Of a DNA stretch of 64,000 nt, positions 12,114 through 23,644 are shown piece after piece. Both the position numbers and the translations under genes were made by a program. Under the pieces are notes generated by a model. The model saw only the letters and a program-made list of their open reading frames with translations, was not told the DNA's origin and did no database searches. Origin of the DNA: Chiloscyllium plagiosum (Eukaryota); the NCBI RefSeq assembly GCF_004010195.1, contig NC_057733.1, positions 22,460,163-22,524,162 on the forward strand. Reading direction: 5' to 3'. How positions within the stretch are numbered: position 1 is the first letter of the stretch; each line of letters starts with the position of its first letter.

Positions 12114-13201
12114 CTGGATTATTAGGCCAGTGGCATTACCAGAATGATTCCAGTGATGAGGAAATGTAGCTACAAAGCTAGGTTGGAGAATTTGGACATG
12201 TGCTTTTCAGGGCAGAGGAGTTTGTGTGTGAAGGTTTGGTGAAAGTATACAAGTTTATATTAGTTGAATCGAAGTTGCTAACGGTACAATGACCGAGAGA
12301 CACAGATTTAAGGTTTTGCACAAAAGTTGCAGGGGAAAACATGAAGAAGAACTTTAACATAGTGAGTGATAATTACCTTGGTATGTATGAAGAGGTGCAA
12401 GTTGATTCAGTCTACAATTTCCATAAGAAATCTGAATAGGTAGTTGAAGGAATTTAAACTTAAAGAACTAAGGGGGTAGAACAAGGGAATAAGACCGACT
12501 GGATTGCTGTCCAAAGAAGTGACATGGGCTGAATGATCTCCTGGGCAATATTGAGTTAGTAATTCTTTATACAGAATAATTAAACAATTATTATCAACCA
12601 CTATATGATTTAGTTATACATGTTATGTCTCCCTCTATCCTGACATCTCTTCGGGAACATGTAATAATATTTGTGACTGATTAAACATCCCTTAAAATTT
12701 ACATCTCCAGTTGTCCATCACAAAACAAAAATTCCTCTTAATCACCTGGAAAGTTATTCACTGCCTTTTCTGTTCATTCAAAATGATATTTTTTAAAGTG
12801 TCCACAGAAAGTGGACATTGCAGGCAAGGCCAGCATTCATTGCCCATTCCCTAACTGTGCTGGAGAAAATGGTGGTGAGCTGCTGCCTTGTGCCACCCCA
12901 CCACCCATAGTGCTGTTGGGAAGAGGGTTTTATGGTTTTGACATCAGTGAAGGAACAGTGATATAGCTTCAGGTTAGGAGGGTGTGGTCTCCCACCTTCA
13001 GTCTGTGTCTTTTCTGCTGAGACAGAATCGTGAAAGGAAACACTTTACGTTAAATAGCCATGAAAGTTGTAAGTGAATGAGTCAAAGTGCTGAGTATTTC
13101 AGTGTGGATTTGTGGACCATCTCTGAATCTCATTGAAGAGCTGTATGGGAGGATTGGTGAGATCTCATGACTGTAAAGAGATACTATCTTGTTATTTTCA
13201 G

Positions 13202-13322
13202 GTTCCATTACATCCTGGGTAGGTCAGTGCCTGATGCTGGAAGATGGGCAGCAGATTCTGAGGACTACGTGGCTGTTGAGATCTCCAGCTACCAACCTAC
13301 TGGAGGATTGGAAAACGACACG
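13202..13322 (+). CDS. Avidin-like protein exon 3 (GSITSWVGQCLMLEDGQQILRTTWLLRSPATNLLEDWKTTR)
   Basis: Avidin motifs GQC, L-x-T-x-WLLRS and DWK-x-TR. ttttcag acceptor and gtgagt donor, phase 1-2. Missed by the ORF track. Confidence 0.95.
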
Positions 13323-14627
13323 GTGAGTCATTAAAGAAACGTATTGATGTATTTATGGTGCAGAAGGAGACAATTCACTTATCATATCTACCTTGGCAAA
13401 AAGAAGTGTCATTCAATCTAATCTAATATATTCCAGCTCTTAGTCTGTAGTCTGGTAGGTTATAGTACTTGAGTGTCATGAAGGTTTCTACCTGTACCAA
13501 CCTTTTGAGACAGTGAATTCATAACCCCAAACCACCCCACCCTGGGTGAAAGGATAACCCTCCTACTCCCCTTAATTCTTCCACTAATTACTTTAAGTCT
13601 TTGCCCCAAGGTTATTGAGCTCCTTGCTAATGGAAATAGTTTCTTCCCATTCAGTCTTTCTAGGCCCCATGTTATTTTATCAACCTTGACTAAATCTCCC
13701 CATAGCCGCCTCTGTTTGCAAGAAAGTAACCCCAACCAAAGCCATCTCCTCTCACAGCTAAAATTCTCAATTGCCATCATCATCCCCATATATCATCTTT
13801 TCCCTAGTTCTGTTTTTGCTGCTAATTCTGACCAATCCACTGATATCTATTTACAGTCTACAGCCTTCTTCCACTACCAATCACATGAATGATCAAATTT
13901 TATATCAATTGCAAATTTCTTAATCATGCTTCCTACATCTGAGTCTCTGATTTCTAAATCACAAGCTGCAAGACAACTAGTACTGAGTTCTGGATAAACC
14001 CTTTTAGATATATCTGTCCAGTCACAAACCAGCATTGACTATAAACCTTTTATATTTGCCAAATGAGCTAATTTTGGATTCAACATGTCACTTTCTCCAT
14101 GTGAGTTTATTTTCCTGACTAATCTTCTATGTGAAACAATGGTCAAATGCCATGTAGAATACATTAAAACCCTGTCTTCATCAAGACTTCTTGATATCTC
14201 CTCAAAACAAATTCTCAGATTTTGCTTTCCTTTAACAAATCCATGCTGACTGTTTTAATTAATCTGAATCAGTGGCTTTCTAAATGTCTAACTTAAACTT
14301 GAATTAATTTGAGTTAATTAGTTCAAAGATTAATGAGTCTGAGAAAAGAAAAAAAACTACTCCTTTCTTAGTTAAGTGGAATGCCCATAATTTTGAAGTT
14401 GGTGCCCTCAAGTTCTAATTTTCCCCATTAAAAGCAACTTTCTCTCAGCAGTTATACTATCAAGCCCCCTTAGAACCTTTCATATTTCAATAAGCTTATT
14501 TCTCATTCTTCTAAACTCTAGGAAATATAGGTCCAATCTGCTCCACGTTGCTCCATAAAGCAGTCCCTTCATTCCCAGTAAGCTGCCAAGTGAAGCTTCA
14601 TTGAAAGTAATTCATTGTAAGCATAGT

Positions 14628-14850
14628 TAAAAATCACATGACAACAGATTATAGTCCAACAGCTTTATTTGGTAGCACTAGCTTTTGGAGCACCGCTCCT
14701 TCTTCAGGTGGTTGTGGAGCTTAAGATCTTGCTCACGGAATTTATAGCCAAAGGAGTCTTGTGTCATACAGTCTGGTGTGATACAGTAATCTTAGATTAA
14801 AACTTTGTTTCTTTTTAATGGGATATGTTGGTTTCTGTTCCTTGATATGT
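14628..14850 (-). mobile_element. Penelope-like terminal fragment with a G12-mutated hammerhead core
   Basis: Reverse complement reads cac CTGAAGA A GGAGC ggt GCTCC AAAA GCTA gtg. Same family as 18680-19067. Confidence 0.7.
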
Positions 14851-15354
14851 CAAAGATACCTTCCTCACAACTTTGATTCTTGCGTACTTTTGTATCATCA
14901 GCCAAGTTGTGGCACTTTGTACCATCATTCATATCCCACCTCCCAGACTGATCCCAATTCCACAACAATCTGAAGCTCTCCCACTTTGTGCCATCTCTCC
15001 AGCCACACATTTAGTTCCACTAATGTAATATTTTGCTACTTGTTCTGACCTGTCAAGGTTCAGATCTATGTCAGCACTGATCGAGATCTTGAGGATTTTG
15101 AAAAGAATTGATAAAGTAGATAGAGAAATGGAAGAGTCTAGGAAAAGATGCCATAACTTCAAAATTCAAGTCAAGTGATTAAGGAACAAATTCAGGGAAC
15201 AGTTAAAGGAATTAACTCCAACAAAAAAAGCAGATGCTGGAGATCAATTAATAACTTTAAATCCAAGATGAATAGACTGTTGTTAGACAAGGATATTAAA
15301 AGATATGGAGCCAAGGTAGGTGGATGGATTTAAGATGTAGATTACCCATACTTT

Positions 15355-15660
15355 CCTGCAGCCTTGAAGAGCTGAGTGGCCTTCCCAGTTTCCTGTAGAA
15401 CAGGCTGGCAGAGCTGAATGGCCTCCTCCTGTTCCCATGGAACAGACTTGAGGGATTGAATGGTTTCTTTTGTTTGTGTTTAATAGGCTGAACAAGCTGA
15501 ATGGCTCATTGGTGTCTGTCCATTCCTACGTAACAGATTTGTGGGACTGGAATGCCTCCTCTTGTTCCTGAATAATTGCCACGAAGGGCTGAATGGTCTC
15601 CTGTCCTTGTGTAGCAAGCTGAAGGAGCTGAATAGTATTTTTCTGTTCTTGTGCTGTATG
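15355..15660 (+). repeat. Degenerate ~42-50 bp tandem array of a CR1/SINE 3'-end motif (GCTGAATGGCCTCCTCCTGTTCC)
   Basis: About 7 recurring gctgaatgg-like units. Confidence 0.7.
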
Positions 15661-15707
15661 ACAGTTGGTAAACCTTATGCTCACACTTTTGTTTTTGGCT
15701 CTCTTAG

Positions 15708-15783
15708 AATTGGACAAGATACATTCCACCAAATCAATGGGGATATTCCGCAAGGAATCCATCAAAAATCCGTCAATCTTTAG
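15708..15783 (+). CDS. Avidin-like protein exon 4 (R-IGQDTFHQINGDIPQGIHQKSVNL-stop)
   Basis: ctcttag acceptor in phase 2. IGQDTF aligns with chicken avidin VGINIF, and the total CDS is 474 nt. Confidence 0.88.
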
Positions 15784-15844
15784 TGCAACACATTGCACCA
15801 AGCCTGGATATTTAGTGTAATTGCCATTTCTGAATGGTATTCTC

Positions 15845-15855
15845 AATAAAATAAA
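15845..15855 (+). terminator. Overlapping AATAAA polyadenylation signals of the avidin-like gene
   Basis: AATAAA at 15845 and 15850, about 60 nt after the stop, followed by a GT-rich tract. Confidence 0.75.
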
Positions 15856-16457
15856 GTAAGAACACGTCTTGTTTGTGTACACTGACAGCGGTATAAATCC
15901 TATCTCTCTCAATGTGATTTTGTTTCAGGAGGTTTAAAGTTTAAGTTTAATCCTGTTCTTGTGAAGTTTTTGAAGGCCGGTTCACTAAATGTGGCCCGCT
16001 TCAGACAGCAGTATGTCTTAAGGGAAGAAGTCTGTTGATTAGAGGGAATGTAAGTTATTTTATGAATTAATGATGGAAGCAAATATTTTACTTGTGTACA
16101 GTATAGCAAGAAAGAATGCACTGTTGGGCCTGGTTCTTAGAGATTAGGTGGATCTAGTGGCTCTAGTGTCAGCTGGGCGACATTCAGAAGATGGCAATCA
16201 TTGTACTGTATGATTCATAGTGATGGTTGAGAATGAAATGCAGCAATCCAGAACAAGCAAATTAAATTGGTGGAGGGTGGACTTTAATGGACCAAGAACA
16301 AAACTGGACAGGATTGACTGGAACCTTGGGAAAACAGTAACTGAACAATGGGCTCCTTCAAAGAAGAGTGTTTAGGTACAGTTAAGGTATAGTTCCTCAA
16401 ATGGGAAAGGTAGGACAAACCAATCCAGAGCTCCCTGCATGACAAGAAGATAATTAT

Positions 16458-16697
16458 TTAGATTAGATTACTTAGTGTGGAAACAGACCCTTTGGTCCAA
16501 CAAGTCCACACCGACCTGCCGAAGCGTAACCCACCCAGACCCATTCCTCTACATTTACCCCTTACCTAACACTACGGACAATTTAGCATGGCCAATTCAC
16601 CTAACCTGCAAATTTTTGGATTGTGGGAGGAAACCGGAGCACCCAGAGGAAACCCACGCAGGCACGGGGAGAATATGCAAACTCCACACACAGTCGC
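16458..16697 (-). mobile_element. HE1-like V-SINE, 5'-truncated
   Basis: (TAGAT)n tail and V-domain, near-identical to the reverse complement of 27372-27686. Confidence 0.9.
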
Positions 16698-17073
16698 TTT
16701 GTTTAAGTTAAAGAAAAAATGTGGTCACAAAAGGTGTCAAGTAGAAAGTAAAATTGAAAAGCAAAGAGGAACCATGTGAAAAGACTGGCAGCCAACATGA
16801 AAGTGTGTCTCAAAGTTTTCTGTCAGCATATAAATAGTAAAAGCCAGAGTAAGGCTGATTAGGGACAAAAGGGTTTTACACCTGAAGGCAGGGGGTGTGG
16901 GTGAGGTGTTAAATGAAAACTTTACATCTGCCCTTAGTGAATAGAGAGATGTTATCCAGGGCATAGTGTCAAAGGAGGAAACTCTCTCATAAAAGGGTTC
17001 AAAATTGATTAAAAAGTGTTTGATTGACAGTCGGTACTTAAAGTTGACAAGGCTTTGGAATGGATGAGATGCA

Positions 17074-17255
17074 AGTGTGGTGCTGGAAAAGCACAGCAGG
17101 TCAAGCAGCATCCGAGGAGCAGGAAAATTGATGTTTCGGGCTGGAGCCCTTCATCAGGAATTCTCCTGCTCCTTGGATACTGCCTGACTTGCTGTGCTTT
17201 TCCAGCAACACACTCTCAACTCTGATCTCCAGATCTGTAGACCTCACTGTCTCCT
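17074..17255. mobile_element. Fold-back Penelope-derived element with a minus-strand hammerhead-like core (17130-17157)
   Basis: Inverted arms and a 15-bp TSD aat(g/a)gatgagatgca (17059-17073/17256-17270). Inserted in a CR1 fragment. Confidence 0.8.
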
Positions 17256-17688
17256 AATAGATGAGATGCATCAAGGATATTGAAGGAACTGAGTGGAAAT
17301 TGTGGGGTGCCTGGCCATAATCCTTCGTCTTTCCTAAACTCAGGAAAGTCCTGTTTAGCTAAAATGGTGGAGTCTATTTTAAAATTTCCAGTTTGTGGGC
17401 ATCATCCACCTGTTCTTCGTCCCTCATTCCCCATTTCCCCATCAAGATGGTCTTGGTGGCTTTCTGCTTCTTCCTGAAAAGAAGGCCTGAATTGTCCACA
17501 TCTGCCACCACCCCCCTTTAATTGCTCTCATTGAATCACTATCGACATTCTGGGGGTTAACATTGACCAGGAACTCAACTGGACTTATCAAATAAACACA
17601 GTGGCTACAAGAGCTGGTCAGAGGCTAGGAATACTGTGGTGAAAACGTCTGTCCATCATCTACAAGGCATAAGTCAGGAGTGTGATGG

Positions 17689-18325
17689 TGAAGATCTATG
17701 ACCCCTCAAGAGGGACCTCTTGGTTCAAGATCAGTCAAAAGAATCGACAAATGCGGTCTATTCAAAAAGCAAGGATCATTAGTTTATTGAATGAAGGTAC
17801 CTTGACGCAATTCTATCCAGCAACACAGAGATTGAAGCTTCTGGGTTCTGTGGTGAAGTTGCGCAATTACATTTGAAAATTACACATTATTTATGTTTTT
17901 TTTTAAGAAATAGTACAGCCTTAATTACAAGAAAGACCAATCACATATAATAAGGTGACATGATTTTCAGCAAGTTAATCCAATGATATTTCCTGGGAAA
18001 GGGTTCTTAATTACAAGAAATGTCCAATCTCCTGTAATAAGGTGACATGATTGAAGACCGGCTAATCCAATGGTATTCTATGCTAAAAGATATCTTATTA
18101 ATGTAAATTGTCATGCCATGTTCAAGGTTAGTTCAAATGGTCAATTAATGTGTCAGTATTCCACTTTTGAAAACTCTATTGTCCTCTTTGAATTTCAGCT
18201 TAGTTCTGCAAATCAGCAGTACAGGTTCACAGGCCATTTTATAGTATTATTTTAAATCGAGAAACCATTTTGAGTAAATAAAAATCTACATATAATTGTG
18301 CCTAAATTCAAATTTTAGATCCTCA
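17689..18325 (-). mobile_element. Solo LTR (637 bp)
   Basis: TG...CA ends with a 9/10 inverted match (TGAAGATCTA/TAGATCCTCA) and a 4-bp TSD ATGG. It interrupts a LINE-like repeat that rejoins across it, has an internal ~87-bp tandem duplication, and has AATAAA on the minus strand near 17785. Confidence 0.75.
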
Positions 18326-18679
18326 ATGGCATACTTCCTAATTTGCCTGACTGATGCAAATCCAACAACACTCAAGAAACTTGATGCCACCCAGAACAAA
18401 GCAGCACATTTGACTTGTGTCATATCCACAAACATCCACTTTGTCCACCACTGCCACTCAGTACACACTGCTGCTACTATTTATAAAGATAAGAAAATTC
18501 ACCAAAGATCCTCAGACAGAACTTTCCAAACCCATGACCACTTCCATTAAGAAGGACAAGGGCATAGGATACACGCAAACTGAAAAATTTAATTTTCAGG
18601 TTCCTTTTCAAACCACACTCAAGCCTGACTTGGAAATATATTACTTGCTTTACTTGCTGCATCACAATCCTGGAATTCC

Positions 18680-19067
18680 CTGTGCCAGGACGGAGAACAC
18701 AGGAGGGCTAACACCTTCAACATATTATCTAGCTAACACCGATTGTTACAGTTAACCTGAGAATGCAACTTTTGAAAAAAATGTTTTGTGATTTACACAT
18801 GAAAGAAGTGAAACTATTATTGTATTCAAACAGATGAAAGACTCAACAGACAATCAAGGTATTTTGCAATGTATAATTTCAGTTACACCACACTGTAAAC
18901 TTTTGCTATAAATTCTGTGCCTTACAATTGTGTCCTCCACAACCACCTGATGAAGGAGTGGCGCTCCGAAAGCTAGTGCTTCCAATTAAACCTGTTGGAC
19001 TATAACCTGGTGTTGTGTGATTTGTAACTTTGTACACCCCAGTCCAACACTGGCATCTCCAAATCAT
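18680..19067 (+). mobile_element. Penelope-like element terminal repeat fragment
   Basis: Highly similar to the arms of the GIY-YIG-containing element at 43396-44878. Confidence 0.85.
18944..18978 (+). ncRNA. Minimal type I hammerhead ribozyme motif (Penelope-associated)
   Basis: cac CUGAUGA A GGAGU ggc GCUCC GAAAG CUA/gug. Core intact, 5-bp stem II, palindromic AGCU stem III, cac/gug stem I. Confidence 0.75.
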
Positions 19068-20454
19068 AACATTTAAAAGGCATTTGGATGGGTATATGAA
19101 TAGGAAGGGTTTGGAGAGATATGGGCTGGGTGCTAGCAGGTGGGACTAGATTGGGTTGGGATAACTGGTCGACATGGACAGGTTGGACTGAAGGGTCTGT
19201 TTCTGTGCTCTACATCTCTATGACTCTATCTCAATCCAAACAGGAATTTAATTAAGTGAGGACAATAATTAATTCTGAATATCCCAGCACGATATTCTAT
19301 TCAGTCTGTTCTCTGTGCTCTTCACGCTTGCTCGCGATTGAATTCAACCTCCTCACACTATTCAAAAACTTCACATTGTACATTGCTTTAATTTCTTGTT
19401 GAGGGCTCGGATTGGTGGGAAGGGACCACATTAATTCTTGTGACTCAACTGTGAGAAGTGTGAAGCCTGCACAGGTTCTTCAAGTAGCTTCATTACCTGG
19501 TGCAATGGACTGAAATGCAGTGATTGACTGAAGATTGATATCCAGTTTGCTAACTGATGTTAGTTGTTGTCAGTGATGGAAATGGAAAACACCAGCACAA
19601 ACTGAGAACAAGACCAGATACCAACACTATATTGATACCAATTGGGCATTAACTGGGCACCACACATAGGATACCCCATTATAGAGTACCTGGTATCCTC
19701 AACAGAAGAAATGACCAAAAATCAGACACCTGTCACATTATTACACTACAATAGATCAGCACTGGGTTATATTTGGAACATAATGCTTTAGCTTTACTAG
19801 ATCTTATTGCATGTGGGGGCAAACTGTTTGAGTATCTGAGGGATCGTGAATAGCACAGACATTGGGCAATCTTCAGTGAATGTCTCTACTTCAGTCCTTC
19901 TGTTAGAAGAAACTTCATTGAATCAGCTAACTATAGTTGAGCCTAAGGCACCTACCTGAAAAGTTCCTGCAGCTGTGCTGGGTCTGAGATGATTAGCCTC
20001 TAACAACGACAACCATCTGTTGTTGTGCTAGGTATGCCTCCAACCACCAGAGAAGTTAATTTGAATTTATCGAGCACCTTTTATAACCTCAAATAACGTA
20101 GAGCACCTCCCAGTCAATGAAGTATGTTAGAGTAGGAGTAGGCAGTTCAGTCACTTAAACCTGCATAGCCACTCACAATTATGACTGATGATCTATCTCA
20201 ATGCCATATTCCCATGTTGTCCCCATACCCCTTGATGTCATTAGTATCTAGGAATGATTTATTCATCTTTTAAGAAAACGATTCATAAATGATGGAGCTT
20301 CTACAGTCCTCTGGGCTACAGAATGTCAAAGATTCACCACCCTCTGAGCAAAGAAGTTCCTCTTCCTCAGTCCTAAATGGCTTGCTTTGTATTTCCAGTT
20401 GTGCGAACTTTAACATCCACCTGAAAGAACAGGTCATGCTTCTGCATTAACTCG

Positions 20455-20612
20455 AACAGTGCAGCCTCCCTTCAGTACTGACCCTGCAACGGTGCAACAC
20501 TCCCTCCGTCCTGACCCTCTGACAGTCCAAAGGCTTTTAGTACTGGCCTCTGAAAATGGAGCATTTCCTCAGCATTGTTATTCTGACAGTGCAGCACTTC
20601 CTCTGTGCTGAC
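20455..20612 (+). repeat. Degenerate ~32-bp minisatellite (ACTGACCCTCTGACAGTGCAGCACTCCCTCAGT-type)
   Basis: About 5 diverged units visible. Confidence 0.65.
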
Positions 20613-22374
20613 TCAAACAAAACAGCCTAGATTGTGAATTCCATTCTAGAGTGGGGCTTAAACCCCCAGTTTTCTGACTGAGACATGAAAAAGACATCAA
20701 ATATGAAAATTAATTAAATTTTTCAGTTGTTGGGACAGCTTCATATCATTGCCAGCAGGTTATATTTAAATATTGCCTTTTGATGATTGTGGAGCAGTAA
20801 TGCTGAAGTCACAAAGCCCAGCTTTATTCTTTTTTTATACTCCAAGGTGCAATAACACATAACCAAACAACTTTCCCACCGCCAAAATCACCATGACTAC
20901 TTTTGTTTTTTTTCATTTAACTAGCACCAGTAATCACCAGTGTAGCCAATCAAGTATTTACATGCAAAGCCCATTAAGAGCAATGCAAAAGTGAGGGTGG
21001 GGTAGGGATAGAGGAAAGGAACTAAATCAAATTGGAGTTGGAGATAAAGTACTATATCTCCTGTGATGCTCATCTCAAGGTCCAGCTTTGTAATTTAAAT
21101 TAATTATTAACAACAGCTTGACCTAATTAGCACCACCATTGCTTCAGGATTAATCATCATGGATTCAAAATCCACCTTAGAGAAGGAGAGCTACATTACC
21201 AGACATTAAGAAATTAAAGGAAGCTTCATCTGCATGTCTTGGTAGAAGACAATAATTACATGATGTTATTGGAACAGCAGCTAGTGAGTTCTCAAATGTT
21301 TCAACCAACCTATGCTCGTTTCTTTTCATAAGATCCTTTAAGTTTTGCATATCCACACACCTGTGGAACCTAAAAGGTCTTCAGCAAAGCTCCCCATTGA
21401 TCAGGCAAAGTCCTCAACCATTCTCCACAGAATGACGCTACTGCGAATGAGATCTGGGAGTGAAACCTTGTGAGCACTAACAATACCTTTGGGCTGTGTC
21501 TACCTTGTCTCGATCCAGGAGCTTTGAATGCCTCCCAGGGAACAACTATATTCAAATGGGACTAGGATGATGCCTGAACATTTGATGCATTCTATTTCAG
21601 CATTCATCTAATTAAGCATTGAAAATATTCCTCCTCTTCAGGGTAGAGATTTGAAAAATTAACGACTCTCCCAAGAGACAAAATTCTTTCTGACCTCAAT
21701 CTTAAATGGGAGACCCGTTATTTTGAAACCATGTCCTGAGTTTTAGATACACCAATTCGGGGAACATTCTATCAGCATCTACCCTCAGAATCTTGTATTT
21801 TTAAGTATGATCACCTCTCATTTCTCCATACACTAATGATAATCAACCCACCCTACTTGACCTTTTCCTTAAGATAACTCGCTCATTCTAGGAATCAACT
21901 TCTCTGAACTGCCTCTTTCATGTAGAAGACAGTACAGAGTATCCTTACAGGGCCTCATCTATACCCTGTAAGATGTAGCAAAATTTCCTCAGGTTTATAC
22001 CCTGTGGCCACAGCCATAAGGACCAACATTCTATTTGCCTTCCTAATTACTTGCTATACTGTACTTGCACATTAACAACAAACGTGATGAAGCAAACAGG
22101 ATCAAGGGAAGGAGTCACTAGGACTTAACAAATTTCTAGCTAGTTAAACACACTCGTGGGGTTGGGGGACAGAGTCACAGGGGGATTTCACTATCAACCA
22201 CTAATCAGGCTTAATTAACCCATATGATAGCTGGTCAATGGCATTGCAATTTAAACAGACTTCATCAAGAAGTGATGGAATACCACATGACTCCATCTGA
22301 AATGAAGTGATAAGAATGATGCAACATCACGTTACTCCCTTTCCACCAAGTGTCAGTTGTAGTTCACTGTGTGA

Positions 22375-22690
22375 GTACCCCTGTTTTCTTGAGAGAGAAG
22401 CCTTTTGGTTCAGATGGAACATTAAACTGAGGCACCATCTATCCACTCGGGTGGACATAAAAGGTTTTATGATACTATTTCAGAGTAGCACAGTAGTATT
22501 ATGCTGACATAAAATGATCAGACGTTAAACAACATGGTGAGTAGATTATCTTGTTATTTGTCTAATCACAGTTAGTAAGATCTTGTGTGCAATACAAATG
22601 TTGTGATTCTTAAATTATAACGGTGATTGTTTCAAAAGTAAAGCTGTGCAATTCATTGGAACATCCTTTCCTGCAAACACAAATTTCAAT
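22375..22690 (+). mobile_element. Old Deu-domain SINE (SacSINE1/AmnSINE1-like)
   Basis: ttaaactgaggcaccatct...ggtggacataaaag...actattt...agattatct, resembling the recalled Deu domain. Confidence 0.55.
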
Positions 22691-22938
22691 GTTACTTGGG
22701 GAGGCAATTGCCACAAAACAATAGGAGGTAATGAATTCTTTCAATAGCAACTAACATACTGAATTCAGTGATGAAATTCCAGGGCAAGCAGAACTATCAG
22801 AGGCTTTTCATTTGATAAGATAAAAAAAGCCTCCAAACAGATTTTTACTGTTGAAATGATCTGACAGTGAAACACCACCTCTGATGCTCCATATGCCCCC
22901 ACTCTGCCTGCAACACCCCATGGGTGTGTCTATTTAGC

Positions 22939-22944
22939 TATAAA
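22939..22944 (+). promoter_or_regulatory. TATA box of the TRIM gene
   Basis: TATAAA 61 nt upstream of the ACCATG start codon. Confidence 0.55.
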
Positions 22945-22999
22945 TCAGTTTAAATTCAAGTGTCATTGACTCCTGCCCTGAGTTTTGTTTGCTTCAACC

Positions 23000-23581
23000 A
23001 TGTCTGCTGTTAATGTGCTTCTCTCAGAGGACAGCCTGTTGTGTGCGATATGTTTGGAAATGTTCAAGGATCCTGTAACAATCCCATGTGGTCACAGTTT
23101 CTGTCTGAAATGTATTCAGAGTTACTGGGATCAAGATATGAATGGTGGAGGCCATTGCTGTCCTCAATGTCAAGAGGGATTCACTCCCAGACCTCAGCTT
23201 TTCAGGAGCCATGTCCTATGTAGAGTGGTTGAGGACTTTGCTTCATCCAAGGGGAGTTTTTCTGAAGGCCCTGTTGGCCCAGATGACGTGGTCTGCGATT
23301 TCTGCACCCACACCAAGCTACAGGCAGAACAGTCCTGTCTGGTGTGCCTGGCCTCTTTTTGCAAATTCCACCTGAAGCCTCACCAGGAGAATGAAGTATT
23401 CCAACACCACATCCTGACCCATCCTGTCAAGAAGCTCAGCCAGAGACGGTGCCCAGTCCATGGAAAAGCTCTTGACTTGTTCTGCAGAACAAATCAGACC
23501 TTTATCTGCTCGGTTTGTACAACGAAGGAACACAAGAACCATGAAACAGTCACAGTAGAAGAGGAGGGAGCTGATAGAAAG
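23000..23581 (+). CDS. TRIM E3 ligase (TRIM16/25/47/65, finTRIM-like class) exon 1: RING, B-box1, B-box2
   Basis: C3HC4 RING (CAICLEMFKDPVTIPCGHSFC...CPQC), B-box1 (CDFC...CLVCLASFC..HL.PH) and B-box2 (CPVH...EHKNH). Kozak ACCATG start and gtgagc donor, phase 0. Confidence 0.95.
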
Positions 23582-23644
23582 GTGAGCTCATTACTTGGGG
23601 TTCCTTTTATTTTTAGAGAAAGAAGATGGTCTAAAGTCAAATAA

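Noticed and set aside
15355-20612. Regularly spaced short repeats as a CRISPR-like array
   Set aside because: Eukaryotic context, degenerate tandem units without unique spacers, and no cas genes.
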